NCBI RefSeq assembly: GCF_001458695.1
Contig: NZ_LN885086.1
Location: forward strand, 3,240,001 to 3,272,000
Length of the DNA stretch: 32,000 nucleotides
Origin: Candidatus Nitrospira inopinata
GTDB lineage: Bacteria; Nitrospirota; Nitrospiria; Nitrospirales; Nitrospiraceae
Direction: 5' to 3'
Shown here: positions 25,225-32,000 of the stretch, piece after piece
Numbering within the stretch: the stretch's first letter is position 1
Layout of the letters: each line of letters opens with the position of its first letter
Program-made: the position numbers and the translations under genes
The notes under the pieces: generated by a model
The model's database searches: none
Told to the model about the DNA's origin: nothing
Seen by the model: the letters and a program-made list of their open reading frames with translations, nothing else

Positions 25225-26508
25225 ATGAAGGTGGATCTAGTAAGGTGGTGGAGGAGGTGTGCGGTTTCGTGGGCTCTCGTGGCCGCGATAATAGTCGGTA
25301 TCGGGGCCATGGTACCGGAAGATGGTTACGCAGGGGGAACCATTAAGGTCGATGATGACAAGTGGATTTCAATCGGAATGGGCATCAAGACAAGTTTCAA
25401 TGCGGTGGAAGGCGCCTCGCCGGCGGGGCACTACACCAATGATTTCAAGGTGGACTTTGCTCGAATCTATATTAACGGCAAAATTCACAAGTACGTCGGG
25501 TTCGAGTTCAACACCGAGTGTTTCAACTGCGGGGTTGCTGGAGGAGCAAATATCTTCGGCGGGAACTCGGCTATCGGGCTGCTGGACGCAATCGGGAAAT
25601 TTGAATTTGACGAAAAGTTCAACATCTGGGTTGGACGGCTGTTGCTGCCGAGCGAGCGTGGTGAGCTAAATGGTCCTTTCTATCATGCGACCTATGCGGG
25701 TTTCAGAACTCCGTTTTTCCCAGCGGACTTCAGCTCAAATTTCGACAATGGGGCAGGACTCTATGGTCGTGATAACGGCGCGACTCTCTGGGGGAAGGTC
25801 CATCCCATGGGCACCCATTTATTGTACGCGGTTTCCGTATCTCAAGGATTGCGGGCTGCCGCAAACAGCGGGAGCAGTTTGATGTACACCGGACGCTTGC
25901 AGTGGAACCTGCTGAACGACGAAACCTCTCCGGGCTATTACACGTCCGGCACCTATTTTGGGACGGCCGGAGACATCCTGGCCATCGCGATCAGCGGGCA
26001 ACACCAGAAAGACGGAGCAGGCAACGTCAACGCGGCGTTCGGCGTGAGCGATTTCACCGGCATGTCCATTGATCTCTTGGTGGAAAAGGTCCTTCCGAAC
26101 AACTGGGGCGTCTTTACATTCAATGGAGAATTCAAGCGATTCTGGGCTCGATATGCACTTGACGCATTTACCGCTGTGTCGCCGGTGACCGGATTGGTGG
26201 ATTGTTTCTGTATCTTCAACGGCCACTCGTGGACCGTCTATGGATTGTACTTGATTCCCGCGAAGGTGGGGATCGGCCAATTCCAGCCCTATGCCCGTTT
26301 TACCTCCATCAATCCTCTGAACAGTTCAACGCGTCAAGAATGGGAAGGCGGCGTGAACTATGTGATCGATGGCTTCAATGCGAGAATATCTGCGTACTAC
26401 ACCTACGGCGATCTCAAAACGAAGGGAGGCCCGGCAGGGAGCTTTTCCCCCACTGCGACGGGAGACAAGGTCGATTCGTTCCACGTTGCCTTGCAGTTGC
26501 AGTACTGA
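25225..26508 (+). CDS. outer-membrane beta-barrel porin, possibly an FmdC-like short-chain amide/urea porin
   Basis: 427 aa with AAGGAGG 7 nt upstream. Signal peptide WALVAAIIVGIGAMVPEDGYAGG. It has alternating-hydrophobicity strands rich in G/Y/F/N and a C-terminal HVALQLQY with an aromatic terminus. It is divergent from urtA. The FmdC assignment rests on context, not on recognised motifs. Confidence 0.75.
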   Translation: MKVDLVRWWRRCAVSWALVAAIIVGIGAMVPEDGYAGGTIKVDDDKWISIGMGIKTSFNAVEGASPAGHYTNDFKVDFARIYINGKIHKYVGFEFNTECFNCGVAGGANIFGGNSAIGLLDAIGKFEFDEKFNIWVGRLLLPSERGELNGPFYHATYAGFRTPFFPADFSSNFDNGAGLYGRDNGATLWGKVHPMGTHLLYAVSVSQGLRAAANSGSSLMYTGRLQWNLLNDETSPGYYTSGTYFGTAGDILAIAISGQHQKDGAGNVNAAFGVSDFTGMSIDLLVEKVLPNNWGVFTFNGEFKRFWARYALDAFTAVSPVTGLVDCFCIFNGHSWTVYGLYLIPAKVGIGQFQPYARFTSINPLNSSTRQEWEGGVNYVIDGFNARISAYYTYGDLKTKGGPAGSFSPTATGDKVDSFHVALQLQY

Positions 26509-26545
26509 ATTGAACATATCGATCAAGGATCAACGACCTGCTTAC

Positions 26546-26590
26546 GAAGAGCCGATTCCAGGGTATCCTGGGTCGGCTCTTCTGTTTTCC
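26546..26590 (+). terminator. rho-independent terminator of the porin gene
   Basis: GAAGAGCCGA (26546-26555) pairs with TCGGCTCTTC (26573-26582). An inner CCAGG/CCTGG helix adds to the stem. The hairpin is followed by TGTTTTCCTTTC. Confidence 0.75.
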
Positions 26591-26984
26591 TTTCATTGCC
26601 GCCGAACAGCGCGAGATTCTCTTAAAACAATCAAACCATCCAAGCTCCGAGTTGATCGGTGCGGCCTGGTTTAAATGAGGTTTTACGGCGGCAATCGAGG
26701 GGGCGGTTCTGGAACCGGCGTATTGAGCCGATGATCCGACACGCTTCGCACACGTTGGGGATGAACGGGGGCCGGATCTCGTTCTCTTGAGACAACAGAG
26801 CGATGGCTGACAGACCTGCTTTCTGTTAAGGTACGCGACCACGCCGATTATTCTTCATGGCTTGCCCCCCATCAGACAGAGAAGCGGCAGGTGAGCTGCT
26901 CTTATGAGACAACGATCGTCATGGGCACAATGAGTCTTATGCGCGTTTGTTTTAAGAAGACCATTTTTGTTAGACTGATGCGCT

Positions 26985-27905
26985 GTGCTCTTTTTTAACC
27001 CGTCAACCAAGAGTATGACCATGCGCGTCGTCGATCGCCCGCTTACTCTCTCTTCTTGCTTTGTCCTTGTGATGGGATGTCTCACGTTTTTCTTCATCGG
27101 CTGCGCCGGCATGAAGACCCCCGTCACCACTGTCTACGAGGAAAGTCGGGGCGCCGTGTTGCTTGAGACCGTGCGGGACAAATCATTTCAAGCAGCTCAT
27201 CCCATTAAGCTGGATGAAGCGACGATCGCCAACGTCTTGCGCGGCGTTCATACCAAAGAGAAACCGGGGCTGGTGCTGTTGCTCGGCAAAGCCTTGATGG
27301 CTGCCAACTTGAGCGACATCAGAACCTTTTCAGAAGACGACATCGCGCTCTTGGCACCGCATATAGCCGCCGCGCTCGCACAGGCCGCTCCGAACCAACA
27401 GGTCGCGTTCCGATTGTATTATGCGCCGGAAGGACAGGTTCGCGCGGCCAAAGGACAGGATGTCAGGGAAGTCACGGCGGGGTATCTCTTCGCGGAGGGA
27501 CTTTCCCTCAACTTGACGCTGACACATTATCGGTACCGCCCCGGAAAAATCGACAAGACACAGCCCCATCAACTTCCAGATCCCGACGGCCTACGCAACC
27601 GCGAAGTGCGATTTATTCCCGAAAAGGCGTTGCGGAAAGAAATCGGCTCATCAAGCTGGTTCGGCGGATCGGATGATCGAACGGCGGTCGTCGATTACCA
27701 ACTTCTCAACAGACTCCTCGCCTCGCCATTCGCCGCCCAATCTGCCTCCCCGACACCGACAATCGGCGGACAACCGGCGCAACCGACGCCGGGCGCAACC
27801 GACACGGAGCTGCGCGCCTTCAGAGAAGAATTAAAAGCCATGCAAAAAAAACTGGCCGAGCAAGAGGCGGAACTGGAACGGCTGAGACAGTCGTCAGGCA
27901 AATAA
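26985..27905 (+). CDS. hypothetical lipoprotein with a C-terminal coiled coil
   Basis: 306-aa ORF. The N-terminus MRVVDRPLTLSSCFVLVMGCLTFFFIGCAG has a lipobox-like FIGC. A Pro/Gln/Thr linker precedes an ELRAFREELKAMQKKLAEQEAELERLRQ coiled coil. The start is uncertain (GTG 26985, ATG 27015 or ATG 27021). No family was recognised. Confidence 0.55.
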   Translation: MLFFNPSTKSMTMRVVDRPLTLSSCFVLVMGCLTFFFIGCAGMKTPVTTVYEESRGAVLLETVRDKSFQAAHPIKLDEATIANVLRGVHTKEKPGLVLLLGKALMAANLSDIRTFSEDDIALLAPHIAAALAQAAPNQQVAFRLYYAPEGQVRAAKGQDVREVTAGYLFAEGLSLNLTLTHYRYRPGKIDKTQPHQLPDPDGLRNREVRFIPEKALRKEIGSSSWFGGSDDRTAVVDYQLLNRLLASPFAAQSASPTPTIGGQPAQPTPGATDTELRAFREELKAMQKKLAEQEAELERLRQSSGK

Positions 27906-28120
27906 GCGCTTCTGCGACCGCCCAATTTTCCCCTCCGCAACACCGTTCGCTATTCTCCCGTAAGAAAGTGTAGGCCCCTGTCGCCAATGACCTACAAACA
28001 ATGCACGGCTTGCGCCAAGCGTTACGCGCGGAGTCGCCTGAAACCGCTCCTATTCGCTTCACACTGAGAAGGCATAGGTATTGCTCAATTACAGCCGAGC
28101 AGACCGGACGATTCTCTTAA

Positions 28121-28594
28121 ATGGGTGATGCGGCCATGTGGGAAAGTAAGAAATGGATGGATAGGCCCAACGGCGAACCGTTCACCATTCTCGGCAAGGA
28201 TGTGGTCTTCAAGGGGATCGCCCATTTCGAGGGCGTCGTTCAACTCGACAGCCGCTTCGAAGGCGACATTCACACGACGGGAACGATCGTGATCGGCGAG
28301 CACGCGGTCGTCTGCGGCACACTCGACGTCGGCACATTGATCTGCAGCGGCAAGATTAAAGGAACCGTCACGGCAAGCCAAAAAATCCACCTCCTCAAGC
28401 AAGCCGTCCTTATCGGCGACATCCGCACGCCGGTGTTTTTGATAGAGGAGGGAGCCTACTTCAAGGGACTCAGCGATATGGGAACCCATCCTTTTGAAGC
28501 GGAGCCCATCACCGACACCCAAGCGCTGCCCGCCACGGTCGAACCGCCCGAGCTCTCTCGATCGCTGCTCATCGAAGGTGCCACTCGCGGCTAG
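28121..28594 (+). CDS. bactofilin (DUF583) family cytoskeletal protein
   Basis: Repetitive beta-helix pattern typical of bactofilins: FKGIAHFEGVVQLDSRFEGDIHTTGTIVIGEHAVVCGTLDVGTLICSGKIKGTVTASQKIHLLKQAVLIGDIRTPVFLIEEGAYFKG. The start is uncertain among ATG 28121, 28136 and 28157. Confidence 0.8.
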   Translation: MGDAAMWESKKWMDRPNGEPFTILGKDVVFKGIAHFEGVVQLDSRFEGDIHTTGTIVIGEHAVVCGTLDVGTLICSGKIKGTVTASQKIHLLKQAVLIGDIRTPVFLIEEGAYFKGLSDMGTHPFEAEPITDTQALPATVEPPELSRSLLIEGATRG

Positions 28595-28649
28595 CTCTCT
28601 TCGCCAACCCGACAAACTCTCGAGGGGCGGCCGACCCGTCGTCAACGTC

Positions 28650-28678
28650 TTGCGCCCATGGCATCGATCTCCTAGAAT
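28650..28678 (+). promoter_or_regulatory. candidate sigma70-type promoter for the 28774 gene
   Basis: TTGCGC (28650-28655), 17-nt spacer, TAGAAT (28673-28678). The match is partial only. Confidence 0.25.
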
Positions 28679-28773
28679 GCGACTCGCTTGCGGAACTGCG
28701 AGTTATCCCATCGTCACTCAGACAGACAGAGGCGCCCCTGGCTGGGGCAATAACTACAACCTGGAGGTATGGC

Positions 28774-29358
28774 ATGAAAGCAGTGAACGGTGTTGCGGCT
28801 GTGACCATGGCGTCGGCTCTCTTATTCGGCGTGGCGTCGTGCCCTCCCGCCGAGGCCGGCACGGTCGAGTCGCTGGTCATAGTGGACGCGAAGGGGAAGA
28901 CGCTCGGCCCCATCGTCGAGTTTGCCGGCCCCTTCTTTAAACTGCCCCTTGTTCCGTTCAAAGTCGGCGACTCCGTCTTCGTTCTTTCCATCTTCAAGAA
29001 CAAGATCGCCGGAAGCGGGAACCCGGTCAATCTGTATTTTGACAACCGACGGTGCGACCATAAAGCCGGTCAAGTCGTCGCCGCTTTGGACGAAATCATC
29101 ACAAAGGAAGCGGTACGAGACGAGACGTTCTGGTCTTTCGTCGGCGCGGACGGGAAGACGGTGTATGTCCCGACGCCCAAGGCGCAGCCGATCAAATCCT
29201 TCAAGGTTCAGTCCAGACTTTACGTGGAACCCAACGGAGAGGTCGAGTGTCAGGAATACCCGAAATTCATTCCCACGGCCATCCCCGCGACTGCGATTGA
29301 AAACATGCTTGACTCGTTTACGCCCCCGTTCTCCGTTGACGCCGTCGTTAAGAAATAA
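28774..29358 (+). CDS. secreted hypothetical protein
   Basis: 194 aa with GGAGG 6 nt upstream. Signal peptide MKAVNGVAAVTMASALLFGVASCPPAEAG. A strong terminator follows. The overlapping long ORFs 28822..29730 (-) and 28922..29755 (+) are Arg/Pro-rich and were rejected. Confidence 0.65.
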   Translation: MKAVNGVAAVTMASALLFGVASCPPAEAGTVESLVIVDAKGKTLGPIVEFAGPFFKLPLVPFKVGDSVFVLSIFKNKIAGSGNPVNLYFDNRRCDHKAGQVVAALDEIITKEAVRDETFWSFVGADGKTVYVPTPKAQPIKSFKVQSRLYVEPNGEVECQEYPKFIPTAIPATAIENMLDSFTPPFSVDAVVKK

Positions 29359-29376
29359 CCGGCGATTCAAACGGCT

Positions 29377-29430
29377 GAAGGCGGGCGCGACAGCAACATG
29401 CGTCGCCCCGGCCCGCCTTCTTCGTTCTTG
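29377..29430 (+). terminator. rho-independent terminator
   Basis: GAAGGCGGGC (29377-29386) pairs with GCCCGCCTTC (29411-29420). An inner GCGAC/GTCGC helix adds to the stem. The hairpin is followed by TTCGTTCTTG. Confidence 0.7.
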
Positions 29431-29508
29431 CCGCGATCGAGATTTTCCTGGCTTTACCTGCCAAGCGAAACCGAATAGGGTACGGCAGACCACGATCGAG
29501 ATTCCGTC

Positions 29509-30279
29509 ATGTCCGATCACGCGAACCATCCAAGGCCCGACCCAAAGCCAGCCTTGGCTCGCGCCATGCGTCTCATTCCGCTCGGAGACTCGGCCGTCAC
29601 CGTGGAACTTGGGGAGTCGATCGATCCCGACGTCAACGCGCTCGTCGTCGCCTACGCGAACAGGATCATCGAGCAAGGGTGGAGCGGCATCGTGGACGTC
29701 ACCCCCACCTATCGGTCGATCACCGTTCATTACGATCCGGTTCAGTGGGACTTGACCGCCCTGACCGATCGGTTGCTGGCACTGCCTTTCCCCTATCCGC
29801 GTGAAGCGGAGTCACAAGGAACGCCGCACGACATCCCCGTCTTGTACGGTGGAGACGATGGACCGGACTTGGAAGCCGTGGCGTCTTTCGCGGGATTGGA
29901 ACCATCCGAGGTCATCACCTTGCATGCCTCCGTTCGCTATCGCGTCTATATGCTTGGGTTCACCCCTGGATTCCCCTATCTGGGACTGCTCCCAGAGAAA
30001 CTGGCGATGCCCCGGCTCCCAACGCCACGCCCGAGAGTCCCGCCCGGATCGGTCGGCCTCGCCGACCGCCAGACCGGCATCTATCCGATCGCGACTCCGG
30101 GAGGCTGGAGACTGATCGGCCGAACCCCCATCTCTCTGTATCGCCGGACCGGCCTCGATCCCTTTTTACTCAAGCCGGGCGACCTGGTCCGATTCCGACC
30201 GATTGACCAAAATGAGTTCGAACGACTCAGTCGTGAAATGGCTCATGAACACGATCGACCTCAACAGCGACCTCGGTGA
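29509..30279 (+). CDS. pxpB: 5-oxoprolinase subunit B (PxpB; KipI / allophanate hydrolase subunit 1 family)
   Basis: Motifs: MRLIPLGDSAVTVELG, VDVTPTYRSITVHYDP, YRVYMLGFTPGFPYLG and TPGGWRLIGRTP. The true start may be ATG 29566 (MRLIPLGD). Confidence 0.85.
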   Translation: MSDHANHPRPDPKPALARAMRLIPLGDSAVTVELGESIDPDVNALVVAYANRIIEQGWSGIVDVTPTYRSITVHYDPVQWDLTALTDRLLALPFPYPREAESQGTPHDIPVLYGGDDGPDLEAVASFAGLEPSEVITLHASVRYRVYMLGFTPGFPYLGLLPEKLAMPRLPTPRPRVPPGSVGLADRQTGIYPIATPGGWRLIGRTPISLYRRTGLDPFLLKPGDLVRFRPIDQNEFERLSREMAHEHDRPQQRPR

Positions 30280-31006
30280 GTACGACGGCGAAGAATTTCG
30301 GCTCCGCGAAGCCGAACTGATGCCGCTCATCACGTCGGTCAACATCGCCTGCGGCGCGCACGCCGGCAATCCGACCCTCATGCGCCGAACCGCACGACTG
30401 GCCGCTGAACACGGCGTGGCGATCGGAGCCCATCCGGGATTTCCCGACAGGGGGGACTTCGGCCGAGGCGACCGTCGCGCATCCCTCGATGAAGTGGCGT
30501 CATTAGTCCTGGAGCAACTCACCACCCTGTCGCAGGTCTTGATGGAAGAACGTCTGCCTCTGCGCCATGCCAAGCCTCACGGCGCGCTCTATCACTTCGT
30601 GAGTTGGAATCCTGACGCCGCCGAATCATTCGTCCAAACCGTGGCGGCTTTCGATCGCCGGCTGCTGATCGTCGCACCGGCCGGCTCCGTCTTGATCACG
30701 AGGGCGGAACGAGCCGGCCTGGGAGTCGTCCGAGAAGCTTATGTCGATCGAGCCTACCGGGCCGACGGCACCCTCGTGCCTCGTTCTCATCCCGACGCCC
30801 TGCTCACGACCGATCAACACGTTCTCCGCCGATTGCGCGAGATCTTTGACGGCTTCGTGACCAGTGTCGAAGGGTATCGCGTGCTCCTCCACGCCGACAG
30901 TCTGTGCGTCCACGCCGACACGCCGCGGAGCGTCGAACTCGCCCGCCTCATTCGAGCGGAACTTGAGTCGGCCGGATACCGACCGGCCTCTCCGACACGT
31001 CCGTAA
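30245..31006 (+). CDS. pxpA: 5-oxoprolinase subunit A (PxpA; LamB/YcsF family)
   Basis: Motifs: MNTIDLNSDLGE, NIACGAHAGNP, GAHPGFPD and KPHGALY. I placed the start at ATG 30245, which overlaps the pxpB end by 35 nt. The track ORF begins at 30203. Confidence 0.85.
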   Translation: MNTIDLNSDLGEYDGEEFRLREAELMPLITSVNIACGAHAGNPTLMRRTARLAAEHGVAIGAHPGFPDRGDFGRGDRRASLDEVASLVLEQLTTLSQVLMEERLPLRHAKPHGALYHFVSWNPDAAESFVQTVAAFDRRLLIVAPAGSVLITRAERAGLGVVREAYVDRAYRADGTLVPRSHPDALLTTDQHVLRRLREIFDGFVTSVEGYRVLLHADSLCVHADTPRSVELARLIRAELESAGYRPASPTRP

Positions 31007-31031
31007 CGGCCATGTCCAGATCGAGAACAGG

Positions 31032-32000
31032 ATGAAACGCAAACGGGCCGAGATCGACGTCGTCAAACCGGGCTGGCTCACGACCGTCCAAGACCTGGGA
31101 CGGCACGGATACCAACGCTACGGCATGCCGGTCTCCGGCGTGATGGACCGTTTCGCGGCCATCGTGGGCAATCGCCTTGTCGGAAACCCCGACGGAGCGG
31201 CCGTGCTCGAATGTACCCTCAAGGGTCCCGAGCTCTTTTTTCGTGACGACGCACACCTGGCCGTAACCGGAGCGGACCTCTCTCCGACGCTTGACGGAAA
31301 CGACATCCCCCTCTGGGAATGTCTCAACGTTCGGCGCGGCAGCCGACTTCGATTCGGCACGCGGCGCGTCGGGTTTCGTTGTTACCTGGCCATCGCCGGA
31401 GGATTCGATGTACCGGCGGTCCTGGGAAGCCGTTCGACCCATTGCCCAAGCCATACCGGCGGACTTGACGGGCGGCCGTTGCGAGCAGGGGATCTTCTGT
31501 TTGGCGGCCCATTTGACAGTGACGCCGAGCGGTTGGTCGGGCGACGGCTGCCTGATCGATTGCTCCCTCGTTATGATCGATCGGTCATCCTGCGCGTCGT
31601 TCTCGATCCTCGTCGCGAATTCTTCCAGGACGCGGCGGTCTCTACCCTCCTCCATTCCGTTTACACGGTCGCTCCTCAATCCGATCGCATGGGGTATCGG
31701 TTGATAGGCCCCCCGCTCCCTCGCGCGGGCGCACGCCACTTCATCTCAGAAGGCACGGTGACGGGCACGTTGCAAGTCCCGGCCGACGGACAACCGATCC
31801 TTCTGATGGCCGATCGCCAGACCACCGGGGGCTATCCTCCCATCGCCGTAGTCATCTCGGTCGATCTGCCTTCCGCCGCCCAGTTGGGTCCCGGCGACAC
31901 CGTCCGATTTGTTTCCTGCTCGATTGTCGAAGCCCAGGCCCTTTTGCGAACCCGTGGCTCCCTTCTCGATGCAGCCCTTCCTCCCGTCACAATCAACCGG
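31032..32000 (+). CDS. pxpC: 5-oxoprolinase subunit C (PxpC; KipA / allophanate hydrolase subunit 2 family), 3' end outside the window
   Basis: This ORF is not in the supplied track because it runs off the window. Hand-translated from ATG 31032 with no stop through 32000: MKRKRAEIDVVKPGWLTTVQDLGRHGYQRYGMPVSGVMD...SDRMGYRLIGPPL...LMADRQTTGGYPPIAVVISVDLPSAAQLGPGDTVRF. Confidence 0.85.
   Translation, partial: MKRKRAEIDVVKPGWLTTVQDLGRHGYQRYGMPVSGVMDRFAAIVGNRLVGNPDGAAVLECTLKGPELFFRDDAHLAVTGADLSPTLDGNDIPLWECLNVRRGSRLRFGTRRVGFRCYLAIAGGFDVPAVLGSRSTHCPSHTGGLDGRPLRAGDLLFGGPFDSDAERLVGRRLPDRLLPRYDRSVILRVVLDPRREFFQDAAVSTLLHSVYTVAPQSDRMGYRLIGPPLPRAGARHFISEGTVTGTLQVPADGQPILLMADRQTTGGYPPIAVVISVDLPSAAQLGPGDTVRFVSCSIVEAQALLRTRGSLLDAALPPVTINR

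Noticed and set aside
26784-26913. Direct repeat CTCTTGAGACAAC / CTCTTATGAGACAAC about 115 bp apart, upstream of the lipoprotein gene
   Set aside because: The repeat is short (13 nt with a 2-nt indel) and could occur by chance. There is no supporting symmetry or positional logic.
28822-29755. 302-aa (-) and 277-aa (+) ORFs overlapping the secreted-protein gene and the pxpB start
   Set aside because: Both are Arg/Ser/Pro-rich and span a strong terminator hairpin. The 28774..29358 frame has an RBS, a signal peptide and a terminator.
1-32000. Mobile elements, CRISPR arrays, tRNA/rRNA genes, prophage or defence-island signatures
   Set aside because: I saw no transposase, integrase or recombinase motifs, no terminal inverted repeats, no regularly spaced repeats, and no tRNA-like T-loop/acceptor pattern in the intergenic regions. 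Apart from the AT-rich promoter island at about 2.7 kb and the 24.3-25.2 kb spacer, composition looks uniform.

Overview
The window looks like a chromosomal segment with Nitrospira-type gene content; the taxon is inferred from gene content only. No rRNA, tRNA, CRISPR array, transposase or integrase was recognised.

There are three blocks:

1. **1-12.1 kb, almost all minus strand.** This is an unusual respiratory and periplasmic cluster. It holds two divergent cytochrome bd-like (CydA-like) paralogs and no CydB.
   - Between the paralogs lie a tightly coupled DUF3047-like protein, a Gly-zipper membrane protein and two membrane-anchored FGE-fold proteins that lack the catalytic Cys pair.
   - Three mini-TM ORFs sit around a perfect consensus sigma70 promoter.
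   - Upstream are a 9-TM unknown protein, a tandem PCP_red-domain Cys-rich protein, an enlarged DUF420 (CtaM-like) protein, an O-methyltransferase and a cupredoxin-like secreted protein.
   - A divergent Delta9-type fatty-acid desaturase follows.
2. **13.5-26.5 kb.** An 11-gene minus-strand urea module, urtABCDE-ureABCFGD, with no ureE and a His-rich UreG N-terminus. A 0.95-kb low-GC spacer separates it from a divergent outer-membrane porin.
3. **27-32 kb, plus strand.** A coiled-coil lipoprotein, a bactofilin, a secreted hypothetical protein and pxpB-pxpA-pxpC (5-oxoprolinase); pxpC runs off the window end.

The best candidate for an undescribed system is the bd-like oxidase cluster at 0.2-12.1 kb. 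All family calls rest on motif recognition by eye. No database search was run.
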